From: a virus
Lineage: Duplodnaviria > Heunggongvirae > Uroviricota > Caudoviricetes
Strand: one strand, 5' to 3'
IMG/VR virus record: IMGVR_UViG_3300032007_000048
Coordinates: 1-64,000 of that record
Length of the DNA: 64,000 nucleotides
The notes below the pieces were generated by a model. The model saw only the letters and a list, made by a program, of their open reading frames with translations, searched no databases and had not been told where the DNA came from. Within the stretch, counting starts at the first letter, position 1. Each line of letters begins with the position of its first letter. The position numbers and the translations under genes were made by a program. This document shows, in pieces, positions 8,447 to 17,501 of the stretch.

Positions 8447-9331
8447 TTACATCAGTTTTCTAATTTTATTTAAAGTTTCTTGGAATTTCTCATCATTTTC
8501 GTTTAATCTTCCAGAAACACTTGTTTTTGTGTCTTTCACCTGATAAGACATAAGTTCTTTCATTCTGTTGAACTCATTGTTTGTCTGTGTCTTGTTTTCA
8601 TGCAGAAGGACATTCGCTTTGTTGTTTTTCCACTCAACAAGATATATGTTACCGTCCATATCCTTCATTTTGAACTTAAGGCCATTAACTTTAAAGTCAT
8701 CAGGAATTTTGTCAATCATATGGTTTTCGGTGATAAATTTTGTCCTTTTATAGAAGACGGTTTTGATGTTCTCATTTATTGGCTTGTTAGCCTCCACCTC
8801 AATTGATTTAAGGTGGTTCATCATCTGTCTCATGTTAAAACCCTCTTTACTTTCGTACATGTTGTCCCTATCAAATGTCTCATCAGGAAGTTCTCTTGCC
8901 TGTAAACCTGATTTTCTGAAGTCTTTCATGTTTTTCTGCATTTCCTCACCTGATTTTTTAAGACCCTGATAAATGTTCTCACCGTCAGAGTAGTCATTGG
9001 ATTTTTCAAGACCGTTGTTCATTTCCTGTTCAGATGTATAACCTTTAACTTGCGCGTGTACTCTTTTTTTGTACTCAGGCGTGACATTTTCAGGTTCATA
9101 GTCCAAAGTGGTCTTGTTCTCATCCTGTTTTTCGTATTTCGGTTTCTTTTCCAAAACCTCATCAGCCAAACCACCGTCAAAGTCCTTGGCTCTCTTTTCT
9201 GACTCTTTGTAAGCCTTACCGTTGATTTCCTTATCTTTTTCTTCAACACCTTGTCCAAGTTTTGCCTTGAACTCGTTTGAACTTTCCCTGATAAGTTTAT
9301 TCATCTCACTTTTAGTATAAGTCATTTCCAT
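8447..9331 (-). CDS. hypothetical highly charged (K/E-rich) protein
   Basis: 294-aa ORF; low-complexity charged composition. Confidence 0.45.
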   Translation of the reverse strand: MEMTYTKSEMNKLIRESSNEFKAKLGQGVEEKDKEINGKAYKESEKRAKDFDGGLADEVLEKKPKYEKQDENKTTLDYEPENVTPEYKKRVHAQVKGYTSEQEMNNGLEKSNDYSDGENIYQGLKKSGEEMQKNMKDFRKSGLQARELPDETFDRDNMYESKEGFNMRQMMNHLKSIEVEANKPINENIKTVFYKRTKFITENHMIDKIPDDFKVNGLKFKMKDMDGNIYLVEWKNNKANVLLHENKTQTNNEFNRMKELMSYQVKDTKTSVSGRLNENDEKFQETLNKIRKLM

Positions 9332-9346
9332 TTTATTACATTTTTA

Positions 9347-9823
9347 TTAGTTATTTTCGCTATTAAGGTAATTTACCGCTTCCTGGTGATTATATGTTAA
9401 CACCAATGTGTCATCATCATATTTACCATCTATTGTTCCGAACACACTGTATGTGCCGTATTTGTCTTTGGCTGCGGCTTCTATTGCCAAGTCTTCAGCA
9501 TCGCTTGATGTTTGTCTTTGTTTGTCCAAATCCGTTACTGTATCAACACTGAAAGACCCAATCAAAGAGCCATCAGAGTCATTGATGACGACATATGAAT
9601 CAAATTCTTCGTTCTCAATCCTTCTCTGTCTCTCATCAACAGGGTTTTCTTCTTCCTCCTCATCGTCCCATTCGTCACCGTCATAGTCATAATCACCGTT
9701 GGGTAATCTTCTGTAAATGGGTTTTCTTAGTTCCTTAAGAATCTTCTTAACAGATTCGTTAACCATATATTGTATGTCTTCAACTGTCAGTTTCATTTTT
9801 ACCAAGGTATATTTCTTCTCCAA
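9347..9823 (-). CDS. hypothetical acidic protein with shared N-terminal motif
   Basis: 158 aa. LTVEDIQYMVNESVKKILKE near the N-terminus; poly-E/D tract. Confidence 0.45.
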   Translation of the reverse strand: MEKKYTLVKMKLTVEDIQYMVNESVKKILKELRKPIYRRLPNGDYDYDGDEWDDEEEEENPVDERQRRIENEEFDSYVVINDSDGSLIGSFSVDTVTDLDKQRQTSSDAEDLAIEAAAKDKYGTYSVFGTIDGKYDDDTLVLTYNHQEAVNYLNSENN

Positions 9824-9999
9824 TTATTATATGTTCCGCTATTTAGTTCCATTCCCCTGTAAAGTTGTTGCATTTCCAATTCCAACAATTTTTTCTTATC
9901 TGGTTTGTCTGAGTTTCTTTCCTCTTCCATTTTTTCATGGATTTTCGACAAATCTTTTAAAACATCAGGGTTAAAATCACCATAGTTATTCATTTTCAA
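9799..9999 (-). CDS. hypothetical small protein
   Basis: 66-aa ORF overlapping both neighbours by a few codons, operon-style. Confidence 0.3.
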   Translation of the reverse strand: MKMNNYGDFNPDVLKDLSKIHEKMEEERNSDKPDKKKLLELEMQQLYRGMELNSGTYNNWRRNIPW

Positions 10000-11233
10000 T
10001 ACTTTTTTTAATCATGTTCTTATGGTCATACGCAGGGTCTTTTTTCCTTTTGAGAGGCGGTGCGTCATATCCAAAATCACCGAAGGCCGTATCCATCTCA
10101 ACCGCTTCTTTCAGTTTGTCAACTTGCTCTTGCGTTAAATAAACCGTTTTTCTTTTTATGGGTTTACCAAAGAGAGGTTGTACAAAAGCACCTGAGGCAT
10201 CAGCGGATGTGGCACCACCACCATCCTCTTCTGTCATCATGTCCTCTTGTTGTACGGGCATAATGTCTTTTTTATATTTAATATCAGACAAATCATTGAA
10301 CGCTTTTTTCAAAGTTGACTTCATTTCTTTTTTGTTATCCCATTGATTCAACCAGTCATTGTTGTGGTACAATCCTTTTAACTGTTCTTTCGCAAAATCA
10401 ATTGCCTGACTACACTCATCACTAAAAATCAGTTCATCTTCCTTATATTTCGTAATAAAATCAATTAATACACCCAGTTTAGCCCAAATATTATTAGCGT
10501 CCTGTTCTTGTTGTATGTCAGCCATCATTTTTTTGAGACTTTCAATGCCAAAAGCACTTTGGTAATCAAGTGCGGAGTCATTTTGTAATATTCCTGTTCC
10601 CCACGCTCCTTCCGTTATAGGTTCTGTTGACACCGTTAAATCATAGACATCATCAAGTGTGTCAATATTAGTCTTGTCAATATAAACATTATTGTTTTTG
10701 GATAGTTTCTTTATGTCTTTTCCGATTTTGATAAGTTCATCTGACAACCCCCAACCGTTTTTTCCAAACTCATAGGTAATTTTATTGTTGTTTGTTTTTT
10801 TTATGATTTTTGAGTCAAGAGTGTTGGCGTTCATCTCATTTAAAGTGTTACCGTCAATAATATGTGATTCGAAAGCGTTAATGTAAAGGTTTCTCATCTT
10901 TTTCATATAATCTTTCCTTGGTAACTTGTATTTGATGACAAATCTGTCTTTGGGTTTAACGCCGTTGTTAATATCTTCCTCTGACAGTTTCTGAGGTCTG
11001 ATTTTCTCAGTTCTGATAAGAACCGCGCTTGTCTCATCGGATGGGTCTGTTCTTTTAAGTAACAAAGACAACGCCTTGGGGGAATCAATGTTGTGTTTTG
11101 TGAGATATGAGTCAACCTTGGCTGTTTTGGGGTCAGTCAAGAGTTGTTTGATATACGATTCCATATGTGATATGAAACCGTATCTTGTCATCTCGTCCTC
11201 AGGATAATATGTCTCTATTAACAACTTTTCCAT
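9986..11233 (-). CDS. hypothetical protein
   Basis: 415-aa ORF; no motif recognised. Confidence 0.5.
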   Translation of the reverse strand: MEKLLIETYYPEDEMTRYGFISHMESYIKQLLTDPKTAKVDSYLTKHNIDSPKALSLLLKRTDPSDETSAVLIRTEKIRPQKLSEEDINNGVKPKDRFVIKYKLPRKDYMKKMRNLYINAFESHIIDGNTLNEMNANTLDSKIIKKTNNNKITYEFGKNGWGLSDELIKIGKDIKKLSKNNNVYIDKTNIDTLDDVYDLTVSTEPITEGAWGTGILQNDSALDYQSAFGIESLKKMMADIQQEQDANNIWAKLGVLIDFITKYKEDELIFSDECSQAIDFAKEQLKGLYHNNDWLNQWDNKKEMKSTLKKAFNDLSDIKYKKDIMPVQQEDMMTEEDGGGATSADASGAFVQPLFGKPIKRKTVYLTQEQVDKLKEAVEMDTAFGDFGYDAPPLKRKKDPAYDHKNMIKKSIENE

Positions 11234-11235
11234 AA

Positions 11236-11487
11236 TTAAATATTATTGTTCCAAGTTTGACTTCTTTGCCACAATGTCTTGAATAGGTTCTCAACTGATT
11301 TGGCGACAATTTTCTTAATCTCTTTTTCAATGTCCTTATCTTTTTTGACAGCATCAAGAGTGATGTCTTTGACTTCTTTTTTAAATTCCCTGTTTTTAAG
11401 GATGTCATCAACACCAGATTCATTTATGATACCCTCAGATACCAATCTTTTTGCCATTGATTCAGATATTATTATTTTTTTTGCCAT
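11236..11487 (-). CDS. hypothetical small protein
   Basis: 83-aa ORF; first gene of the minus-strand block. Confidence 0.4.
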   Translation of the reverse strand: MAKKIIISESMAKRLVSEGIINESGVDDILKNREFKKEVKDITLDAVKKDKDIEKEIKKIVAKSVENLFKTLWQRSQTWNNNI

Positions 11488-11596
11488 AAAACAATATATT
11501 TTTACTATGATAAATAGTCCAATGGTTTGAAAAAGAACATAAAATAGTTGTTTTTTTGAGTTTTATTTTGTATTTTTGCTAAAAATAAAATGCCTT

Positions 11597-11612
11597 TGGC
11601 ATGTTTTTTGTA
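11597..11612 (+). promoter_or_regulatory. sigma-54-like -24/-12 motif (TGGCATG-N4-TTGTA)
   Basis: tggcatgttttttgta lies 27 nt upstream of ATG 11639. It is one of five copies. Confidence 0.4.
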
Positions 11613-11638
11613 AATAAAAACAGCAAAAAATATAAAAC

Positions 11639-13231
11639 ATGAAAAATTTGTTTAAAATATCGGAAGGTAGTAATCCTAACTATCTGGCAACCATTTGCCG
11701 TATTGGTGAAACGTTCCCTATTGAGGGTGCTGACAGACTTCTCAGAACCACTGTTAACGGTGCTGACATTGTTATTGGTAACACAATGAAAACCAATGAT
11801 ATTGTGGTTTATGTACCTGTGGAAAGCGCGCTTTCTGAAAAGTTTTTGTCGGCCAACAATCTTTATGAGATTGGTGAATGGGAGAAAAATGCTAACGCTC
11901 CTGAAATTGGTATTATGATGGCGAAATACAATGACCTCAAAAACACCGGAAAAACCGATGAGGCTGACGAACTTTACAAGGAAATTAAGTCACAAGTCGG
12001 TTACTTTAACAAAAGGAACAGGGTAAGGATTATCACTCTTAGGGGTTGTGTTTCCAACGGTTTTATCGCAGGTGTTAACTCACTTGTCAACTATAATCCT
12101 GACCTTGCTGATGTTAATTGGGAGGAAATGGTTGGAACCTCATTTAATTATATTGGTGATGATGAATTTTGTAAAAAGTATATTCCACCAATTAAGACTT
12201 CTGAACAGAATACAGGACAGAAAGGTTTTAATAAGAGGATGAAGAAAATTAAGAGGTTTGATAAACTGGTCGAAGGTCAATTCACCTATCATTATGACAC
12301 ACAGCGTATTGATTCAACCAATATTAAGGGATTGCTTTCACCGGAGGATATTGTTACCATAACAGTCAAGGTCCATGGAACATCAGTAATTTTGTCCAAT
12401 ATTCTTGTTAATAAAAAACTTACTTTTTTTGAAAGAGTTAAGAAGTTTTTCGGTATGAATGTAAAAACAACTGAATATGGTAACATTTATTCAAGTAGGT
12501 CTGTAATTAAGAACAGATATATAACAGGTAAGGACAGTAATGATTTCTACGGTGTTGATATTTGGGGTTGTGTGAACAGGGATTTTTCACCTTATCTTTC
12601 AGAGGGTATGACTGTGTATGGTGAGATTGCAGGTTATCTTGAAGGGTCGGACAAGATGATACAGAAACGTCATGACTATGGTTGTGAGGTTGGACATTGG
12701 AAGTTTATGCCTTATCGTATAACTGAGACGGATGCCAATGGTAATGTTAAGGAATGGAATGTGCTTGATGTTGACAAGTGGACAAGAAACCTTGTTGCCG
12801 AACACCCTGAACTTAGTGACAAGGTTCTTAATCTTGAAGTGCTTTACCACGGTAAACTTTGTGATTTGTATCCTGACATTGTGGTTGACGACATGTGGTA
12901 CGACAATTTCCTTACAAGACTGCACAACGATGACAATTTCTATATGGAGCAAAAAGAGCCTATGTGTCATTTGTATGAAAAGGAAGCACTTGCGGCTAAG
13001 GCTGTTCTTGACAATGCCAAAAAGAAAGGCGAAAGTAAGAAAGTGATTTCAAAATTGACCAAGGACTATGAGAAATATGAGTCAATGAGGGCACCAAGAG
13101 AGGGTGTTGTCATTAGGATTGATGATGACCCTAAGTCTGAGGCTTTTAAAGTTAAAACTAATCTCCACTACGGATTAGTTGAATGTGCACAACATGATGC
13201 AGGTGAAGTTGATATTGAGGAGACAGCGTAA
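11639..13231 (+). CDS. ATP-dependent RNA ligase, Rnl5/DraRnl-like
   Basis: 530 aa. Motif I KVHGTS (the KxHG variant seen in the Deinococcus DraRnl family), motif III-like VYGEIAG, motif V-like REGVVIRID. There is an extra N-terminal domain. Confidence 0.55.
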   Translation: MKNLFKISEGSNPNYLATICRIGETFPIEGADRLLRTTVNGADIVIGNTMKTNDIVVYVPVESALSEKFLSANNLYEIGEWEKNANAPEIGIMMAKYNDLKNTGKTDEADELYKEIKSQVGYFNKRNRVRIITLRGCVSNGFIAGVNSLVNYNPDLADVNWEEMVGTSFNYIGDDEFCKKYIPPIKTSEQNTGQKGFNKRMKKIKRFDKLVEGQFTYHYDTQRIDSTNIKGLLSPEDIVTITVKVHGTSVILSNILVNKKLTFFERVKKFFGMNVKTTEYGNIYSSRSVIKNRYITGKDSNDFYGVDIWGCVNRDFSPYLSEGMTVYGEIAGYLEGSDKMIQKRHDYGCEVGHWKFMPYRITETDANGNVKEWNVLDVDKWTRNLVAEHPELSDKVLNLEVLYHGKLCDLYPDIVVDDMWYDNFLTRLHNDDNFYMEQKEPMCHLYEKEALAAKAVLDNAKKKGESKKVISKLTKDYEKYESMRAPREGVVIRIDDDPKSEAFKVKTNLHYGLVECAQHDAGEVDIEETA

Positions 13232-13434
13232 TGAAGAGAATAGTTAAATATACCGCAGTTGACCCTTATTATAGTGACCAAACATTGACTTATATTGGTT
13301 CGAACGCCGAAGAAATTGATAATATTCAATTTGAAACCGAAAAACACATGGCAAGGGAACATTGTAGTTTGTCAATGATATATAAATTAGAAATAATTTT
13401 TGACAATTCTGAAATTTTCTGTCATGATTTTTGA
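13231..13434 (+). CDS. hypothetical small protein
   Basis: 67-aa ORF; start overlaps the stop of the ligase gene. Confidence 0.3.
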   Translation: MKRIVKYTAVDPYYSDQTLTYIGSNAEEIDNIQFETEKHMAREHCSLSMIYKLEIIFDNSEIFCHDF

Positions 13435-13448
13435 ATGTACTAAAAATA

Positions 13449-13491
13449 ACAATAAAAACTAATAAAACTAAAACAATAAAAACTAATAAAA
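13449..13491. repeat. 18-nt direct repeat caataaaaactaataaaa x2 in intergenic region
   Basis: Copies at 13449..13466 and 13474..13491. Confidence 0.5.
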
Positions 13492-13494
13492 GCA

Positions 13495-14010
13495 ATGCGA
13501 CAAAAACTAATACTTACAGATGAGCATATCAAATTAATCAAGGCGATTAAATTTGATGAGTTTGACATGGGTGAGAATTTTAACACTGAGTTCATCACCA
13601 ATTCAATAGAAGAGATTGAGTCCACACCTGAAAACATGAAAAAGTATGGTCAGTTAAGAGACCAACTGATTAGGGCAAGGGACAAGATGAAAACCATATC
13701 TGATTTGAAGGAGTGTCATGCGTGGGGTGTTGACCAATGGAACCTTTTTGGTGGTACATATGTCATGGAAGATGTGGCTATGATTCTTGGACATTATGAG
13801 GATTTTATTGAAGGCACAGAGGAAAGTCCCATGGGCAAGCAATATCCCAAGGAATTGGAAGACCACTGGTGGGAGTTATATCTTTATATTGTTGCCAACA
13901 TGAAAAACATATTGTCTTTAATATTGGAATATGTTAATAAGGGTGGTTTGACACCAGGTGAGTATGTGTTTGACAATAAAAGTTATTCTTGGAAAAAAGT
14001 GGTGAACTAA
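13495..14010 (+). CDS. hypothetical protein
   Basis: 171-aa ORF. Confidence 0.45.
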   Translation: MRQKLILTDEHIKLIKAIKFDEFDMGENFNTEFITNSIEEIESTPENMKKYGQLRDQLIRARDKMKTISDLKECHAWGVDQWNLFGGTYVMEDVAMILGHYEDFIEGTEESPMGKQYPKELEDHWWELYLYIVANMKNILSLILEYVNKGGLTPGEYVFDNKSYSWKKVVN

Positions 14011-14011
14011 C

Positions 14012-14431
14012 ATGATATTACTGATAATTTTAATTGTTTTTGCTTTGTTTTGCCTTTGGGGGCTAATCAAAGTGTGTAAAGATAATGACGGTGCTATACC
14101 TTTTTTAATGTATTTTTGTATTATCTCTTTTTTCGTTTTTGGTTTTACAATTAATGGTTTGACCAATAATAATTCGGAACTAACATCTTTTAGGTTAGAA
14201 TATAAAAAAGTGGAATATCTGATTCAAACATATGACAAGGAAAAAGACGAAAAGGGAGACATTTTGTTTGATATTAAAAAACATGTTGATAATATCAACA
14301 GAAGGATAACACAAGAACAAAAAGGACTAAATAGAGTATTGGTAAAAGAGATGTATGTTAAAGAAATCGCTGAGACAGAACCAATAAAGTTTGATTTTAA
14401 TAATTTAATAAAAGAAGATAAACATGAGTGA
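14012..14431 (+). CDS. hypothetical membrane protein
   Basis: 139 aa; N-terminal TM helix, coiled-coil-like remainder. Confidence 0.4.
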   Translation: MILLIILIVFALFCLWGLIKVCKDNDGAIPFLMYFCIISFFVFGFTINGLTNNNSELTSFRLEYKKVEYLIQTYDKEKDEKGDILFDIKKHVDNINRRITQEQKGLNRVLVKEMYVKEIAETEPIKFDFNNLIKEDKHE

Positions 14432-14723
14432 AATTTGTGGAAGTGAAAAAATTGAGGGAAAATGCCCTAATGCTGAATCCCATTTGAAGAAAATGTGTAT
14501 TAACTGTATTTCATGTGATTGCACAAGTGAAGGTGAACATTTCTGTGCTAACGAACAGAATTTAAGTGATGCTGTTGAAAAACTTAAAGCGAATGTTCCA
14601 CCTGGTTATGCAATAGAAAATGTTGAACTTAAACCACTTGCGCTGAAAGACATCACAAAAAAATGTAAGAGGTGGTCAATAGACAAGCAAAAAGTTTTGG
14701 ATGAGTTTGATGCGCTGGTATAG
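14424..14723 (+). CDS. hypothetical Cys-rich protein
   Basis: 99 aa with CPNAESH...CINCISCDC...C cysteine cluster. Confidence 0.4.
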   Translation: MSEICGSEKIEGKCPNAESHLKKMCINCISCDCTSEGEHFCANEQNLSDAVEKLKANVPPGYAIENVELKPLALKDITKKCKRWSIDKQKVLDEFDALV

Positions 14724-15060
14724 TTTTTGCGGTAGTTTAATTGTTATATCTCTATTTTTCCCTAATAATTATCATTGGATAAGGGAAAGTCAAAATCCTT
14801 ATGGTAAAATTGTTTATACGATTGACCGTAATTTTATTAGAAAAGGTGAAACAATTTGGGGAAAAATAGAGTATAATATAGACGGAAAATATATTAGAGA
14901 GGGACAGACTTCTTACGGTAAAATTTTATATAATATAGATGGAAAATATATTAGAAAGGGTCAAAACCCTTATGGTAAAATTTTATATAATATAGATGGA
15001 AATTACATCAGAGAAGGCCAAACCTCTTATGGCAAAATTTTGTTTAATTTAAGTAAATAA
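14701..15060 (+). CDS. repeat protein (five 20-aa YGKILYNIDGKYIR.GQ repeats), signal/TM N-terminus
   Basis: 119 aa. Hydrophobic N-terminus, then tandem 20-residue repeats encoded by 60-nt DNA repeats. Confidence 0.45.
   Translation: MSLMRWYSFCGSLIVISLFFPNNYHWIRESQNPYGKIVYTIDRNFIRKGETIWGKIEYNIDGKYIREGQTSYGKILYNIDGKYIRKGQNPYGKILYNIDGNYIREGQTSYGKILFNLSK
14797..15045 (+). repeat. tandem repeat, 60-nt period, about 4 copies, coding
   Basis: The unit ccttatggtaaaattttatataatatagatggaaaatatattagaaagggtcaaaac is repeated with minor variation. Confidence 0.7.
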
Positions 15061-15078
15061 TTTTTTAAATTTTTATAT

Positions 15079-15942
15079 ATGGACATTAAGACTATTAAAG
15101 GGAATCTTATTGAGAGGAGTGACACACTTGCAAGGTATTTTAGGGAAATCAATAAATATCCCGTACTTTCAGCGGAGGAGGAGTATGACCTTATACTTAA
15201 AATAAAAAATGGGGACAATGAGGCGAAAGAAAAACTCATAAACAGTAATCAGAGATTTGTTGTGGCTATTGCGAAAAGGTATGCCAACAACGATAACATC
15301 ATGGATTTAATTGACGAGGGTAACCTCGGTCTTATGTCAGTCATAAATGATATTGACAAATATGATACTACTAAGGGAACAAGGTTTTTGTCATATGCTG
15401 TTTGGTACATCAGGAGAAGTATTCAGTATTACATAATGAACACCAATATGTTTGTCAGAAGAACAAACAACATTAAATTGGGTAACAAAATGACCAAGGT
15501 TAAAAACAAGTATTTTGGTCTTAATGGCAGGTATCCAACCGAAGATGAGATAATTGATATGTTGAAAAAAGATTTTGACATCACAATACTCAAACAGAGT
15601 GATGTGTTTGACATCACAACTGAGTCAGTTAATGAGTACATTGACGAAGACCAGAACACTTTGGAAGACACTAAAGCATTTACTGACAAAACCGCAAGTT
15701 ATAATGAGTATGAGGAGACAATTGACAAGGAATATACCAAAACACTTGTCAGCAAATTGTTGTCCATGCTTAATGAAAGAGATAGAACAATAGTCAAAAT
15801 GTACTTTGGCATTGGTTATGACAAAGAGTATAATAACTATGAAATCGGTGAGGAACTTGGACTGACATCGGAAAGGATTAGGCAAGTTATTAATGATGTG
15901 ACTAAAAAGTTGCATAGGGCACTTAGTTTTGTTAAAGTCTAA
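15079..15942 (+). CDS. RNA polymerase sigma-70 family factor
   Basis: 287 aa. Region 2 DLIDEGNLGLMSVINDIDKYDTTKGTRFLSYAVWYIRRSIQYYI and a region-4 HTH (YEIGEELGLTSERIRQVINDVTKKLHR). Confidence 0.8.
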   Translation: MDIKTIKGNLIERSDTLARYFREINKYPVLSAEEEYDLILKIKNGDNEAKEKLINSNQRFVVAIAKRYANNDNIMDLIDEGNLGLMSVINDIDKYDTTKGTRFLSYAVWYIRRSIQYYIMNTNMFVRRTNNIKLGNKMTKVKNKYFGLNGRYPTEDEIIDMLKKDFDITILKQSDVFDITTESVNEYIDEDQNTLEDTKAFTDKTASYNEYEETIDKEYTKTLVSKLLSMLNERDRTIVKMYFGIGYDKEYNNYEIGEELGLTSERIRQVINDVTKKLHRALSFVKV

Positions 15943-15981
15943 ACTATTTATTAAAAAATAAGCGACAAAAAAACCGAAACA

Positions 15982-16722
15982 ATGCAACGCATTATACTAA
16001 CAGAAAAACAATTAAACAAAATAATTACAGATTCTTTAGCGAAAATTTTAAAAGAAAATAGCGGTTGTTTTGTGAAATTAACTTTTGATAAAATTTCCAC
16101 CATTACTTACCAAAACAATAAATCCACACAAATAAACGAAGAAAGTAACTGGATATTAAAATCTAAAAATTGGGAAAAGAACAATTATGAGAGATTTCTT
16201 TCAATTGTTAATATGACACCTAAAAAATATAAAGGTTATCTCACATATCATGGTTTAGATGAGATTAAAGGTAATGATTGGATAACATACACATTGAAAG
16301 GACATAATGTCGCTTTTGCTTTACATTACATAGAACCAGGAAAAATTGATTTGTGTAATTTTGTTAACAACTCCGATTTAAAAGGAATTGGTGATTTGGT
16401 TCTGCAATTTGCCAAAAACCAAGGTGCGACACAAATGGACAACTATAGGGGCTTTCCATCTGAAAAAGACCCTGAAGGACATGGCAAACTTGGAAATCTA
16501 TATAGGAGAAACGGTTTCAATAAACAAACATGGCATGATGAGTTTAATCCTGAATTTCAACCTGCTGACGAAGAATGGCAGTTAGACAAATCAAATTTCC
16601 AAAATGGAAAAGGTCCTGATGTGGAAGGTTTGGAATTGTCAAGACATAGAGCGAAATATAATAACCCGCAAAGAGCATATAGAAAAAAATTTGATGATAG
16701 AATTGGTAGTAAATTTAAATAA
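15982..16722 (+). CDS. hypothetical protein with shared N-terminal motif
   Basis: 246 aa. N-terminus ILTEKQLNKIITDSLAKILKEN. Confidence 0.45.
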   Translation: MQRIILTEKQLNKIITDSLAKILKENSGCFVKLTFDKISTITYQNNKSTQINEESNWILKSKNWEKNNYERFLSIVNMTPKKYKGYLTYHGLDEIKGNDWITYTLKGHNVAFALHYIEPGKIDLCNFVNNSDLKGIGDLVLQFAKNQGATQMDNYRGFPSEKDPEGHGKLGNLYRRNGFNKQTWHDEFNPEFQPADEEWQLDKSNFQNGKGPDVEGLELSRHRAKYNNPQRAYRKKFDDRIGSKFK

Positions 16723-16728
16723 TATAAC

Positions 16729-17430
16729 ATGAGAAATATTGTTTTGAACATACCACATAGTTCAATTAACGGTGTGTATGACAAGAACTTTGGTAAATGG
16801 CAATGTAACCCATATTTTATGGATGATTGTCTTAAGAAATGGACAGATTGGTATACTGATATGCTGTTTAACCCTCTGTCAAGAAAAGAAAACGTGGAAA
16901 CCATTGTTTTTCCTTACTCACGCTTTGTTTGTGATGTCGAAAAACTTAAGAATGACCCTTTGGAAAATATTGGTCAGGGCATTATATATACCGAATTTGA
17001 CGGTTATAAACGTAACTTGACTGAAGAACAAAAGAAAAACATAATGGAACTTTGGGAAGAACACCAGGCAAATCTTCAGACAGCGATTAAGGACGAAAAT
17101 ACAGTTCTTATTGATTGTCACTCTTTTCCAAGTTACTTGGCTAACAATGACATTTGCATTGGGTATAATGAAGACTGGTCATATAACAAGAAACTTGTTG
17201 ATGGTATTGTAAAAAAATTTAAAAAGCAAGGTTATTCAGTTGAGGAAAATATACCTTATTCTAATTCCATTACACCTGAAAAAAATTTCTCATATTGTTC
17301 TGTAATGATTGAGGTTAATAAGCGTATATATATGAACGAAAACCTGATGGTTTTGGAAAAAAACGCAAGACAATGGATGAGGTGGAGCGGAACTTTGGAA
17401 AAAATTTATGATTTTATTCAAAATTTTTAA
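16729..17430 (+). CDS. N-formylglutamate amidohydrolase-family zinc hydrolase (putative)
   Basis: 233 aa. NIPHSSING and LIDCHSFPS resemble the two conserved His motifs of the FGase family. Confidence 0.4.
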   Translation: MRNIVLNIPHSSINGVYDKNFGKWQCNPYFMDDCLKKWTDWYTDMLFNPLSRKENVETIVFPYSRFVCDVEKLKNDPLENIGQGIIYTEFDGYKRNLTEEQKKNIMELWEEHQANLQTAIKDENTVLIDCHSFPSYLANNDICIGYNEDWSYNKKLVDGIVKKFKKQGYSVEENIPYSNSITPEKNFSYCSVMIEVNKRIYMNENLMVLEKNARQWMRWSGTLEKIYDFIQNF

Positions 17431-17434
17431 TTTT

Positions 17435-17450
17435 TGGCACGGTTGTTGTA
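17435..17450 (+). promoter_or_regulatory. sigma-54-like -24/-12 motif (TGGCACG-N4-TTGTA)
   Basis: tggcacggttgttgta lies 52 nt upstream of ATG 17502. Confidence 0.4.
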
Positions 17451-17501
17451 AGATAAAAAGATGTAATTTTAAATTTTTGTTTTTATAAATTTTATTTTAT
17501 T

